NCBI RefSeq assembly: GCF_044704955.1
Contig: NC_091987.1
Span: 126,852,001-126,916,000, forward strand
Length of the DNA stretch: 64,000 bases
DNA from: Pristiophorus japonicus
Lineage: Eukaryota
Direction of reading: 5' to 3'
Under the pieces are notes generated by a model that saw only the letters and a program-made list of their open reading frames with translations, did no database searches and was not told the DNA's origin. The translations under genes were made by a program, and so were the position numbers. Shown one piece after another: positions 24,001 through 38,500 of this stretch. The stretch's first letter is position 1; every line of letters begins with the position of its first letter.

Positions 24001-26500
24001 TGTGTGAATATTGTGTGTGGGATTGTGCACAGTTTGTGTGGGACAGTATGAACATTGTGTGTGGGACTGCGTGAGCACTGTGTTTGGGACTCTGTGAATA
24101 TTGTGTGTAGGACTGTGTGAACAGTATGTGAGGCTGTGTGAACAGTGCGTGTGGGACAGTGTGAACAATTTGTGTGGGACTGTGCGAACACTTTGTGTGG
24201 GACAGTGTGAACATTGTGTGTGGGATTGTGTGAACATTGTGTGTGGGACTGTGTGCACAGTGTGTGTGGGACTGTGTGAACACAGTGTGCAGGACTGTGT
24301 GAACACTGTGTGTCGACTGTGCGAACTGTGCGTGTCGGACAGTGTGAACAGTGTGTTTGAGATTGCATGAACAGTGTGTGTGGGACTGTGTGAATAGTGT
24401 GTGCAACTGTATGAACAGTGTGTGTGGGACTGTATGAACAGTGTGAGTGTGACTGTATGAACAGTGTGTGTGGGACTATGGGAACATTGTGTGTGGGACT
24501 GTGTGAACACTGTGTGTGGGACAGTGTGAACATTGTGTGTGTGACTGTGTGAGCACTGTGTGTGGACTGTGTGAATGTTGTGTTTGGGACTGTGCACCGT
24601 TTGTGTGGGAGAGTGTGAACATTGTGTGTGGGACTGTGTGAACAGTGTGTGTGGTGCTATGTGAACACGGTGTGTGGGACAGTGTGAACACTGTGTGGCA
24701 CAGTGTGAACAGTGTCTTTGTGGGACTGTGTGAACAGATTGTGTGGGACTGTGTGAACAGTGTGTGGGAGTGTGTGAACAGTGTGTGTGGGACTGTGTGA
24801 ACAGTGTGTGTGGGGTTGTGTGAACACTGTGTGTGGGACTGTGCGAACACTGTGTGTGGGACTGTGTGAATAATGTGTGTGGGGCTGTGTGAGTATTGTG
24901 TGTGGGATTGTGCACAGTTTGTGTGGGACAGTGTGAACATTGTGTGTGGGACTGCGTGAGCACTGTGTTTGGGACTCTGTGAATATTGTGTGTGGAACTG
25001 TGTGAACAGTGTGTGAGGCTGTGTGAACAGTGTGTGTGGGACAGTGTGAACAATTTGTGTGGGACTGTGAGGAACACTTTGTGTGGGACAGTGTGAACAT
25101 TGTGTGTGGGATTGTGTGAACACTGTGTGTGGGACTGTGTGAATATTGTGTGTGGGACTGTGTGCACAGTGTGTGTGGGACTGTGTGAACACAGTGTGAA
25201 GGACTGTGTGAACACTGTGTGTTGAACTGTGCGAACTGTGCGTGCGGGACAGTGTGAACAGTGTGTTTGAGATTGCATGAACAGTGTGTGTGGGACTGTG
25301 TGAATAGCATGTGCAACTGTGTGAACAGTGTTTGTGGGACCGTGTGAACAGGGTGGGTGGGACATTGTGAACAGTGTGTATGTGTGGGACTGTGTGAACA
25401 GTGTGTGTGGGACTGTGTAAACAGTGTGTGTGGGGTTGTGTGAACACTGTGTGTGGGACTGTGTGAACACTGTGTGTGGGACTGTGTGAATAATGTGTGC
25501 GGGACTGTGTGAACACTTTGTGTGGGACCATGTGAACATTGTGTGTGGGACTGTGTGAGCACTGTGTGTGGGGCTGTGTGAATATTGTGTGTGGGACTGT
25601 GCACAGTTTGTGTGGGACAGTGTGAACATTGTGTGTGGGACTGCGTGAGCACTGTGTTTGGGACTCTGTGAATATTGTGTGTGGGAATGTGTGAACAGTG
25701 TGTGAGGCTGTGTGAACAGTGTGTGTGGGACAGTGTGAACAATTTGTGTGGGACTGTGTGAACACTTTGTGTGGGACAGTGTGAACATTGTGTGTGGGAT
25801 TGTGTGAACACTGTGTGTGGGACTGTGTGAATATTGTGTGTGGGACTGTGTGCACAGTGCGTGTGGGACTGTGTAAACACAGTGTGTGAGACTGTATGAA
25901 CAGTGTTTGAGGGACCGTGTGAACAGGGTGGGTGGGACATTGTGAACAGTGTGTGTGTGTGGGATTGTGTGAACAATGTGTGTGGGACTGTGTGAACAGT
26001 GTGTGTGGGACTGTGTGAGCACTGTGTGTGGGGCTGTGTGAATATTGTGTGTGGGATTGTGCACAGTTTGTGTGGGACAGTGTGAACATTGTGTGTGGGA
26101 CTGCGTGAGCACTGTGTTTGGGACTCTGTGAATATTGTGTGTGGGACTGTGTGAACAGTGTGTGAGGCTGTGTGAACAGTGCGTGTGGGACAGTGTGAAC
26201 AATTTGTGTGGGACTGTGCGAACACTTTGTGTGGGACAGTGTGAACATTGTGTGTGGGATTGTGTGAACATTGTGTGTGGGACTGTGTGCACAGTGTGTG
26301 TGGGACAGTGTGAACACAGTGTGCAGGACTGTGTGAACACTGTGTGTCGAACTGTGCGAACTGTGCGTGCGGGACAGTGTGAACAGTGTGTTTGAGATTG
26401 CATGAACAGTGTGTGTGGGACTGTGTGAATAGCGTGTGCAACTGTGTGAACAGTGTGTGTGGGACTGTATGAACAGCGTGAGTGTGACTGTATGAACAGT
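15040..26500. repeat. Higher-order repeat array, units 3380 / 2856 / 3376 bp with ~0.55-0.7-kb internal subunits
   Basis: Marker ggtgctatgtg and ORF ends at 15045, 18425, 21281 and 24657. Identical ORF peptides at 17869, 20725, 24101 and at 17332, 20188, 23564. Internal ~685-bp subrepeat (16647->17332, 22883->23564). Confidence 0.88.
15723..15748 (+). other. Putative G-quadruplex motif GGG-N12-GGG-T-GGG-T-GGG (first of ~19 copies up to 36354)
   Basis: Sequence gggaccgtgtgaacagggtgggtggg: four G3 tracts with loops of 12, 1 and 1 nt. Folding is inferred, not tested. Confidence 0.5.
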
Positions 26501-29500
26501 GTGTGTGGGACTATGGGAACATTGTGTGTGGGACTGTGTGAACACTGTGTGTGGGACTGTGTGAACAGTGTGTGTGGGACTGTGTGAATACTGAGTATGT
26601 CGGACGATGTGAACATTGTTTGTGGGTCTGTTTGAACACTGTGTGTGGGACTGTGCAAACAGTGTGTGTGGGACTGTGAACAATCGATGTGTGTGATTGT
26701 GTGATAAGTGTGTATGGGTCTATGTTGAACACTGTGTATGGGACTGTGTAAACAGTGCGTGTGGGACTGTGAACACTGTGTGTGGGACTGTGTGAAAAGT
26801 GTGTGTGGGACCGTGTGAACAGTGTGTGTGTAGGACTGTGTGCAGAGTGTTTGTGGGTCTGTTTTGAACGCTGTGTGTGGGACTGTGTAAACAGTGTGTG
26901 TGGGACTGTGACCACTGTTTCTCGGACTGCGTGAACACTGTGTGTGGGACTGCGTGAAAACTGTGCGTGGGTCTCAGGTGGACAGTGTGTGTGGGACCGT
27001 GTAAACAGTGTGTGTAGGACTGTGAACACTATATGTATGTGACTGTGTGAACAGTGTGTGTGGGTCTGTCTTGAACACTGTGTATGGGACTGTGTTAATA
27101 AATAGTGTGTGTGGGACTGTGAACACAGTGTGTGCGTGACTTTGTGAACAATGTGTGTGGGACCATCAACACTGTGCATGTGGGACTGTGCAAACAGTGT
27201 GTGTGGTATGGTGAACACTGTGTTTGGGACTGTGTGAACATCGCGTGTGGGACTGTGTGAACAGTGTGTGTGGAATATTGTGAACACTGTGTGTGGGACT
27301 GTGTGAACACTGTGTATGGGACTGTGTCAACAGTGTGTGTGCAACTGTGTGAACACTGTGTGTGGGACTGTGTGAACAATGTGTGAGGGAGTGTGAGCAC
27401 TGTGTATGTGTGTGACTGTGTGAACAGTGTGTGTGGGACCATGAACATCATATGTGTGGGAATATGTGAACATTGTGTGTGGGATTGTGAACACTGTGTT
27501 TGGGACTGTGTGAACACTATTTCTGGGACTGTGTGAACAGTGTGTGTGGGACTGCATGAACACTGTGTGTGGGACTGCGTGAACACTGTGTGTGTGACTG
27601 TGTGAACAGTGTGTGTGGGACTGTGTGAACAGTATGTGTGTGTGGGACTGTGTGAACAGTGTGTGTGGGACTGTGTGAACACTGTATGTGGTACTGTGTG
27701 AACAGTGTGTGTGGGACTGTGAGAATACTGTGTGTGGGACTGTGAGAATACTGTGTGTGGGATTTTGTGAACACAGTGTGTGGCATTGTGTAAACAGAGT
27801 GTGTGGGACTGTGTGAACACTGTGTGTGGGCCTGTGTTGAACGCTGTGTCTGGGACTGTGTAAACAGTGTGTGTGGGACTGTGACCACTGTTTCTCGGAC
27901 TGCGTGAACATTGTGTGTGGGACTGCGTGAACACTGTGCGTGGGTCTCATTTGAACGGTGTGTGTGGGACTGTGTAAACAGTGTGTGTGGGACTGTGAAC
28001 ACTATATGTATGTGACTGTGTGAACAGTGTGTATGGGTCTGTCTTGAACACTGTGTATGGGACTGTGTAAATAGTGTGTGTGGGACTGTGAATACTGTGT
28101 GTGCGTGACTTTGTGAACATTGTGTGTGGGACCATCAACACTGCGTGTGGGAATGTGCAAACAGTGTGTGTGGGATGGTGAACACTGTGTGTGGGACTGT
28201 GTGAACATCGCGTGTGGAACTGTGTGAACACTGTCTGTGGGACTGTGTGAACAGTGTGTGTGAGACTGTGTGAACAGTGCATGTGGGACTGTGAGAATAC
28301 TGTGTGTGGGATTTTGTGAACACAGTGTGTGGGATTTTGTGAACAATGTGTGTGGGACTGTGTGAACACTGTGTATTAGACTATGTGAACAGTGTTTGTG
28401 TGACTGTGTGAACAGTGAGAGTGGGGCTGTGTGAACACCGTGTGTGTATAACTTTGTGAACAATGTGTGTGGGACCGTGAGCACAGTGTGTGTGGGACTA
28501 CGTGAACAGTGTGTGTGGGACTGTGAACACTGTGTGTGGGACTGTGTGAACAGTGTGTGTGAGACTGTGTGAAGAGTGCGTGTGGGACTGTGTGAACCGT
28601 GCGTGTGGGATTTTATTAACACTGTGTGTGGGATTGTATAAACAGAGTGTGTGGGACTGTGTGAATATTGTGTGTGGGACTGTGTGCACAGTGTGTGTGG
28701 GACTGTGTGAACACAGTGTGAAGGACTGTGTGAACACTGTGTGTCGAACTGTGCGAACTGTGCGTGCGGGACAGTGTGAACAGTGTGTTTGAGATTGCAT
28801 GAACAGTGTGTGTGGGACTGTGTGAATAGCGTGTGCAACTGTGTGAACAGTGTTTGTGGGACCGTGTGAACAGGGTGGGTGGGACATTGTGAACAGTGTG
28901 TGTGTGTGGGACTGTGTGAACAGTGTGTGTGGGACTGTGTAAACAGTGTGTGTGGGGTTGTGTGAACACTGTATGTGGGACTGTGTGAACACTGTGTGTG
29001 GGACTGTGTGAATAATGTGTGCGGGACTGTGTGAACACTTTGTGTGGGACCATGTGAACATTGTGTGTGGGACTGTGTGAGCACTGTGTGTGGGGCTGTG
29101 TGAGTATTGTGTGTGGGATTGTGCACAGTTTGTGTGGGACAGTGTGAACATTGTGTGTGGGACTGCGTGAGCACTGTGTTTGGGACTCTGTGAATATTGT
29201 GTGTGGGACTGTGTGAACAGTGTGTGAGGCTGTGTGAACAGTGTGTGTGGGACAGTGTGAACAATTTGTGTGGGACTGTGTGAACACTTTGTGTGGGACA
29301 GTGTGAACATTGTGTGTGGGATTGTGTGAACACTGTGTGTGGGACTGTGTGAATATTGTGTGTGGGACTGTGTGCACAGTGTGTGTGGGACTGTGTGAAC
29401 ACAGTGTGAAGGACTGAGTGAACACTGTGTGTCGAACTGTGCGAACTGTGCGTGCGGGACAGTGTGAACAGTGTGTTTGAGAATGCATGAACAGTGTGTG

Positions 29501-32500
29501 TGGGACTGTGTGAATAGCGTGTGCAACTGTGTGAACAGTGTTTGTGGGACCGTGTGAACAGGGTGGGTGGGACATTGTGAACAGTGTGTGTGTGTGGGGT
29601 TGTGTGAACACTGTGTGTGGGACTGTGTGAACACTGTGTGTGGGACTGTGTGAATAATGTGTGCGGGACTGTGTGAACACTTTGTGTGGGACCATGTGAA
29701 CATTGTGTGTGGGACTGTGTGAGCACTGTGTGTGGGGCTGTGTGAATATTGTGTGTGGGACTGTGCACAGTTTGTGTGGGACAGTGTGAACATTGTGTGT
29801 GGGACTGCGTGAGCACTGTGTTTGGGACTCTGTGAATATTGTGTGTGGGAATGTGTGAACAGTGTGTGAGATTGCATGAACAGTGTGTGTGGGACTGTGT
29901 GAATAGCGTGTGCAACTGTGTGAACAGTGTGTGTGGGACTGTATGAACAGTGTGAGTGTGACTGTATGAACAGTGTGTGTGGGACTATGGGAACATTGTG
30001 TGTGGGACTGTGTGAACACTGTGTGTGAGACTGTGTGAACAGTGTGTGTGGGACTGTGTGAATACTGTGTATGTCGGACGATGTGAACATTGTTTGTGGG
30101 TCTGTTTGAACACTGTGTGTGGGACTGTGCAAACAGTGTGTGTGGGACTGTGAACAATCGATGTGTGTGATTGTGTGAAAAGTGTGTATGGGTCTATGTT
30201 GAACACTGTGTATGGAACTGTGTAAACAGTGCGTGTGGGACCGTGAACACTGTGTGTGGGACTGTGTGAAAAGTGTGTGTGGGACCGTGTGAACAGTGTG
30301 TGTGTAGGACTGTGTGCAGAGTGTTTGTGGGTCTGTTTTGAACGCTGTGTGTGGGACTGTGTAAACAGTGTGTGTGGGACTGTGACCACTGTTTCTCGGA
30401 CTGCGTGAACACTGTGTGTGGGTTTGCGTGAAAATTGTGCGTGGGTCTCAGGTGGACAGTGTGTGTGGGACCGTGTAAACAGTGTGTGTAGGACTGTGAA
30501 CACTATATGTATGTGACTGTGTGAACAGTGTGTGTGGGTTTGCCTTGAACACTGTGTATGGGACTGTGTTAATAAATAGTGTGTGTGGGACTGTGAACAC
30601 AGTGTGTGCGTGACTTTGTGAACAATGTGTGTGGGACCATCAACACTGTGCATGTGGGACTGTGCAAACAGTGTGTGTGGTATGGTGAACACTGTGTTTG
30701 GGACTGTGTGAACATCGCGTGTGGGACTGTGTGAACAGTGTGTGTGGAATATTGTGAACACTGTGTGTGGGACTGTGTGAACACTGTGTATGGGACTGTG
30801 TGAACAGTGTGTGTGGGACTGCGTGAACACTGTGTGTGGGACTGCGTGAACACTGTGTGTGTGACTGAGTGAACAGTGTGTGTGGGACTGTGTGAACAGT
30901 ATGTGTGTGTGGGACTGTGTGAACAGTGTGTGTGGGACTGTGTGAACACTGTATGTGGTACTGTGTGAACAGTGCGTGTGGGACTGTGAGAATACTGTGT
31001 GTGGGACTGTGAGAATACTGTGTGTGGGATTTTGTGAACACAGTGTGTGGCATTGTGTAAACAGAGTGTGTGGGACTGTGTGAACACTGTGTGTGGGCCT
31101 GTGTTGAACGCTGTGTCTGGGACTGTGTAAACAGTGTGTGTGGGACTGTGACCACTGTTTCTCGGACTGCGTGAACATTGTGTGTGGGTCTGCGTGAACA
31201 CTGTGCGTGGGTCTCATTTGAACAGTGTGTGTGGGACTGTGTAAACAGTGTGTGTGGGACTGTGAACACTATATGTATGTGACTGTGTGAACAGTGTGTG
31301 TGGGTCTGTCTTGAACACTGTGTATGGGACTGTGTAAATAGTGTGTGTGGGACTGTGAATACTGTGTGTGCGTGACTTTGTGAACATTGTGTGTGGGACC
31401 ATCAACACTGTGCGTGTGGGAATGTGCAAACAGTGTGTGTGGGATGGTGAACACTGTGTGTGGGACTGTGTGAACATCGCGTGTGGGACTGTGTGAACAC
31501 TGTCTGTGGGACTGTGTGAACAGTGTGTGTGAGACTGTGTGAACAGTGCATGTGGGACTGTGAGAATACTGTGTGTGGGATTTTGTGAACACAGTGTGTG
31601 AGATTTTGTGAACAATGTGTGTGGGACTGTGTGAACACTGTGTATTAGACTATGTGAACAGTGTTTGTGTGACTGTGTGAACAGTGAGAGTGGGGCTGTG
31701 TGAACACCGTGTGTGTATAACTTTGTGAACAATGTGTGTGGGACCGTGAGCACAGTGTGTGTGGGACTACATGAACAGTGTGTGTGGGACTGTGAACACT
31801 GTGTGTGGGACTGTGTGAACAGTGTGTGTGAGACTGTGTGAAGAGTGCGTGTGGGACTGTGTGAACCGTGCGTGTGGGATTTTATTAACACTGTGTGTGG
31901 GATTGTATAAACAGAGTGTGTGGGACTGTGTGAATATTGTGTGTGGGACTGTGTGCACAGTGTGTGTGGGACTGTGTGAATACAGTGTGAAGGACTGTGT
32001 GAACACTGTGTGTCGAACTGTGCGAGCTGTGCGTGCGGGACAGTGTGAACAGTGTGTTTGAGATTGCATGAACAGTGTGTGTGGGACTGTGTGAATAGCG
32101 TGTGCAACTATGTGAACAGTGTTTGTGGGACCGTGTGAACAGGGTGGGTGGGACATTGTGAACAGTGTGTGTGTGTGGGACTGTGTGAACAGTGTGTGTG
32201 GGACTGTGTAAACAGTGTGTGTGGGACCATGTGAACATTGTGTGTGGGACTGTGTGAGCACTGTGTGTGGGGCTGTGTGAGTATTGTGTGTGGGATTGTG
32301 CACAGTTTGTGTGGGACAGTGTGAACATTGTGTGTGGGACTGCGTGAGCACTGTGTTTGGGACTCTGTGAATATTGTGTGTGGGACTGTGTGAACAGTGT
32401 GTGAGGCTGTGTGAACAGTGTGTGTGGGACAGTGTGAACAATTTGTGTGGGACTGTGTGAACACTTTGTGTGGGACAGTGTGAACATTGTGTGTGGGATT

Positions 32501-35500
32501 GTGTGAACACTGTGTGTGGGACTGTGTGAATATTGTGTGTGGGACTGTGTGCACAGTGTGTGTGGGACTTGTGAACACAGTGTGAAGGACTGTGTGAACA
32601 CTGTGTGTCGAACTGTGCGAACTGTGCGTGCGGGACAGTGTGAACAGTGTGTTTGAGATTGCATGAACAGTGTGTGTGGGACTGTGTGAATAGCTTGTGC
32701 AACTGTGTGAACAGTGTTTGTGGGACCTTGTGAACAGGGTGGGTGGGACATTGTGAACAGTGTGTGTGTGTGTGGGACTGTGTGAACAGTGTGTGTGGGA
32801 CTGTGTAAACAGTGTGTGTGGGGTTGTGTGAACACTGTGTGTGGGACTGTGTGAACACTGTGTGTGGGACTGTGTGAATAATGTGTGCGGGACTGTGTGA
32901 ACACTTTGTGTGGGACCATGTGAACATTGTGTGTGGGACTGTGTGAGCACTGTGTGTGGGGCTGTGTGAATATTGTGTGTGGGACTGTGCACAGTTTGTG
33001 TGGGACAGTGTGAACATTGTGTGTGGGACTGCGTGAGCACTGTGTTTGGGACTCTGTGAATATTGTGTGTGGGAATGTGTGAACAGTGTGTGAGGCTGTG
33101 TGAACAGTGTGTGTGGGACAGTGTGAACACAGTGTGCAGGACTGTGTGAACACTGTGTGTCGAACTGTGCGAACTGTGCGTGCGGGACAGTGTGAACAGT
33201 GTGTTTGAGATTGCATGAACAGTGTGTGTGGGACTGTTTGAACACTGTGTGTGGGACTGTGCAAACAGTGTGTGTGGGACTGTGAACAATCGATGTGTGT
33301 GATTGTGTGAAAAGTGTGTATGGGTCTATGTTGAACACTGTGTATGGGACTGTGTAAACAGTGCGTGTGGGACCGTGAACACTGTGTGTGGGACCGTGTG
33401 AACAGTGTGTGTGTAGGACTGTGTGCAGAGTGTTTGTGGGTCTGTTTTGAACGCTGTGTGTGGGACTGTGTAAACAGTGTGTGTGGGACTGTGACCACTG
33501 TTTCTCGGACTGCGTGAACACTGTGTGTGGGTCTGCGTGAAAACTGTGCGTGGGTCTCAGGTGGACAGTGTGTGTGGGACCGTGTAAACAGTGTGTGTAG
33601 GACTGTGAACACTATATGTATGTGACTGTGTGAGCAGTGTGTGTGGGTCTGTCTTGAACACTGTGTATGGGACTGTGTTAATAAATAGTGTGTGTGGGAC
33701 TGTGAACACAGTGTGTGCGTGACTTTGTGAACAATGTGTGTGGGACCATCAACACTGTGCATGTGGGACTGTGCAAACAGTGTGTGTGGTATGGTGAACA
33801 CTGTGTTTGGGACTGTGTGAACATCGCGTGTGGGACTGTGTGAACAGTGTGTGTGGAATATTGTGAACACTGTGTGTGGGACTGTATGAACACTGTGTAT
33901 GGGACTGTGTCAACAGTGTGTGTGCAACTGTGTGAACACTGTGTGTGGGACTGTGTGAACAATGTGTGAGGGAGTGTGAGCACTGTGTATGTGTGTGACT
34001 GTGTGAACAGTGTGTGTGGGACCATGAACATCATATGTGTGGGAATATGTGAACATTGTGTGTGGGATTGTGAACACTGTGTTTGGGACTGTGTGAACAC
34101 TATTTCTGGGACTGTGTGAACAGTGTGTGTGGGACTGCGTGAACACTGTGTGTGGGACTGCGTGAACACTGTGTGTGTGACTGTGTGAACAGCGTGTGTG
34201 GGACTGTGTGAACAGTATGTGTGTGTGGGACTGTGTGAACAGTGTGTGTGGGACTGTGTGAACACTGTATGTGGTACTGTGTGAACAGTGCGTGTGGGAC
34301 TGTGAGAATACTGTGTGTGGTACTGTGAGAATACTGTGTGTGGGATTTTGTGAACACAGTGTGTGGCATTGTGTAAACAGAGTGTGTGGGACTGTGTGAA
34401 CACTGTGTGTGGGCCTGTGTTGAACGCTGTGTCTGGGACTGTGTAAACAGTGTGTGTGGGACTGTGACCACTGTTTCTCGGACTGCGTGAACATTGTGTG
34501 TGGGACTGCGTGAACACTGTGCGTGGGTCTCATTTGAACAGTGTGTGTGGGACTGTGTAAACAGTGTGTGTGGGACTGTGAACACTATATGTATGTGACT
34601 GTGTGAACAGTGTGTGTGGGTCTGTCTTGAACACTGTGTATGGGACTGTGTAAATAGTGTGTGTGGGACTGTGAATACTGTGTGTGCGTGACTTTGTGAA
34701 CATTGTGTGTGGGACCATCAACACTGTGCGTGTGGGAATGTGCAAACAGTGTGTGTGGGATGGTGAACACTGTGTGTGGGACTGTGTGAACATCGCGTGT
34801 GGGACTGTGTGAACACTGTCTGTGGGACTGTGTGAACAGTGTGTGTGAGACTGTGTGAACAGTGCATGTGGGACTGTGAGAATACTGTGTGTGGGATTTT
34901 GTGAACACAGTGTGTGGGATTTTGTGAACAATGTGTGTGGGACTGTGTGAACACTGTGTATTAGACTATGTGAACAGTGTTTGTGTGACTGTGTGAACAG
35001 TGAGAGTGGGGCTGTGTGAACACCGTGTGTGTATAACTTTGTGAACAATGTGTGTGGGACCGTGAGCACAGTGTGTGTGGGACTACGTGAACAGTGTGTG
35101 TGGGACTGTGAACACTGTGTGTGGGACTGTGTGAACAGTGTGTGTGAGACTGTGTGAAGAGTGCGTGTGGGACTGTGTGAACCGTGCGTGTGGGATTTTA
35201 TTAACACTGTGTGTGGGATTGTATAAACAGAGTGTGTGGGACTGTGTGAATATTGTGTGTGGGACTGTGTGCACAGTGTGTGTGGGACTGTGTGAACACA
35301 GTGTGAAGGACTGTGTGAACACTGTGTGTCGAACTGTGCGAACTGTGCGTGCGGGACAGTGTGAACAGTGTGTTTGAGATTGCATGAACAGTGTGTGTGG
35401 GACTGTGTGAATAGCGTGTGCAACTGTGTGAACAGTGTTTGTGGGACCGTGTGAACAGGGTGGGTGGGACATTGTGAACAGTGTGTGTGTGTGGGACTGT

Positions 35501-38500
35501 GTGAACAGTGTGTGTGGGACTGTGTAAACAGTGTGTGTGGGGTTGTGTGAACACTGTATGTGGGACTGTGTGAACACTGTGTGTGGGACTGTGTGAATAA
35601 TGTGTGCGGGACTGTGTGAACACTTTGTGTGGGACCATGTGAACATTGTGTGTGGGACTGTGTGAGCACTGTGTGTGGGGCTGTGTGAATATTGTGTGTG
35701 GGACTGTGCACAGTTTGTGTGGGACAGTGTGAACATTGTGTGTGGGACTGCGTGAGCACTGTGTTTGGGACTCTGTGAATATTGTGTGTGGGAATGTGTG
35801 AACAGTGTGTGAGGCTGTGTGAACAGTGTGTGTGGGACAGTGTGAACAATTTGTGTGGGACTGTGTGAACACTTTGTGTGGGACAGTGTGAACATTGTGT
35901 GTGGGATTGTGTGAACACTGTGTGTGGAACTGTGTGAATATTGTGTGTGGGACTGTGTGAATAATGTGTGCGGGACTGTTTGAACATTTGTGTGGGACAG
36001 TGTGAACATTGTGTGTGGGACTGTGTGAGCACTGTGTGTGGACTGTGTGAATATTGTGTTTGGGACTGTGCACCGTTTGTGTGGGAGAGTGTGAACATTG
36101 TGTGTGGGGCTGTGTGAACAGTGTGTGTGGTGCTATGTGAACACGGTGTGTGGGACAGTGTGAACACTGTGTGGCACAGTGTGAACAGTGTCTTTGTGGG
36201 AATGTGTGCACAGATTGTGTGCGACTGTGTGAACAGTGTGTGGGAGTGTGTGAAGTTGTGTGGGACTGTGTGAACAGTGTGTGGGACTGTGTAAACACAG
36301 TGTGTGAGACTGTATGAACAGTGTTTGTGGGACCGTGTGAACAGGGTGGGTGGGACATTGTGAACAATGTGTGTGTGTGTGGGACTGTGTGAACAATGTG
36401 TGTGGGACTGTGTAAACAGTGTGTGTGGGGTTGTGTGAACACTGTGTGTGGGACTGTGTGAACACTGTGTGTGGGACTGTGTGAATAATGTGTGCGGGAC
36501 TGTGTGAACACTTTGTGTGGGACCATGTGAACATTGTGTGTGGGACTGTGTGAGCACTGTGTGTGGGGCTGTGTGAATATTGTGTGTGGGATTGTGCACA
36601 GTTTGTGTGGGACAGTGTGAACATTGTGTGTGGGACTGCGTGAGCACTGTGTTTGGGACTCTGTGAATATTGTGTGTGGGACTGTGTGAACAGTGTGTGA
36701 GGCTGTGTGAACAGTGCGTGTGGGACAGTGTGAACAATTTGTGTGGGACTGTGCGAACACTTTGTGTGGGACAGTGTGAACATTGTGTGTGGGATTGTGT
36801 GAACATTGTGTGTGGGACTGTGTGCACAGTGTGTGTGGGACTGTGTGAACACAGTGTGCAGGACTGTGTGAACACTGTGTGTCGAACTGTGCGAACTGTG
36901 CGTGCGGGACAGTGTGAACAGTGTGTTTGAGATTGCATGAACAGTGTGTATGGGACTGTGTGAATAGCGTGTGCAACTGTGTGAACAGTGTGTGTGGGAC
37001 TGTATGAACAGTGTGAGTGTGACTGTATGAACAGTGTGTGTGGGACTATGGGAACATTGTGTGTGGGACTGTGTGAACACTGTGTGTGGGACTGTGTGAA
37101 CAGTGTGTGTGGGACTGTGTGAATACTGTGTATGTCGGACGATGTGAACATTGTGTGTGGGTCTGTTTGAACACTGTGTGTGGGACTGTGCAAACAGTGT
37201 GTGTGGGACTGTGAACAATCGATGTGTGTGATTGTGTGAAAAGTGTGTATGGGTCTATGTTGAACACTGTGTATGGAACTGTGTAAACAGTGCGTGTGGG
37301 ACCGTGAACACTGTGTGTAGGACTGTGTGAAAAGTGTGTGTGGGACCGTGTGAACAGTGTGTGTGTAGGACTGTGTGCAGAGTGTTTGTGGGTCTGTTTT
37401 GAACGCTGTGTGTGGGACTGTGTAAACAGTGTGTGTGGGACTGTGACCACTGTTTCTCGGACTGCGTGAACACTGTGTGTAGGACTGCGTGAAAACTGTG
37501 CGTGGGTCTCAGGTGGACAGTGTGTGTGGGACCGTGTAAACAGTGTGTGTAGGACTGTGAACACTATATGTATGTGACTGTGTGAACAGTGTGTGTGGGT
37601 CTGTCTTGAACACTGTGTATGGGACTGTGTTAATAAATAGTGTGTGTGGGATTGTGAACACAGTGTGTGCGTGACTTTGTGAACAATGTGTGTGGGACCA
37701 TCAACACTATGCATGTGGGACTGTGCAAACAGTGTGTGTGGTATGGTGAACACTGTGTTTGGGACTGTGTGAACATCGCGTGTGGGACTGTGTGAACAGT
37801 GTGTGTGGAATATTGTGAACACTGTGTGTGGGACTGTGTGAACACTGTGTATGGGACTGTGTCAACAGTGTGTGTGCAACTGTGTGAACACTGTGTGTGG
37901 GACTGTGTGAACAATGTGTGAGGGAGTGTGAGCACTGTGTATGTGTGTGACTGTGTGAACAGTGTGTGTGGGACCATGAACATCATATGTGTGGGAATAT
38001 GTGAACATTGTGTGTGGGATTGTGAACACTGTGTTTGGGACTGTGTGAACACTATTTCTGGGACTGTGTGAACAGTGTGTGTGGGACTGCGTGAACACTG
38101 TGTGTGGGACTGCGTGAACACTGTGTGTGTGACTGTGTGAACAGTGTGTGTGGGACTGTGTGAACAGTATGTGTGTGTGGGACTGTGTGAACAGTGTGTG
38201 TGGGACTGTGTGAACACTGTATGTGGTACTGTGTGAACAGTGCGTGTGGGACTGTGAGAATACTGTGTGTGGGACTGTGAGAATACTGTGTGTGGGATTT
38301 TGTGAACACAGTGTGTGGCATTGTGTAAACAGAGTGTGTGGGACTGTGTGAACACTGTGTGTGGGCCTGTGTTGAACACTGTGTCTGGGACTGTGTAAAC
38401 AGTGTGTGTGGGACTGTGACCACTGTTTCTCGGACTGCGTGAACATTGTGTGTGGGACTGCGTGAACACTGTGCGTGGGTCTCATTTGAACAGTGTGTGT

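Noticed and set aside
16647-24533. 2628-aa ORF and the many other His/Thr/Ser/Gln-rich minus-strand ORFs (mucin-like or histidine-rich protein?)
   Set aside because: The reverse complement of the 23-bp monomer has no stop in any frame, so all three minus frames are open at once and cycle through the same [20 protein letters not shown] motif. Frequent 2-bp indels show no frame conservation. This is a satellite artefact.
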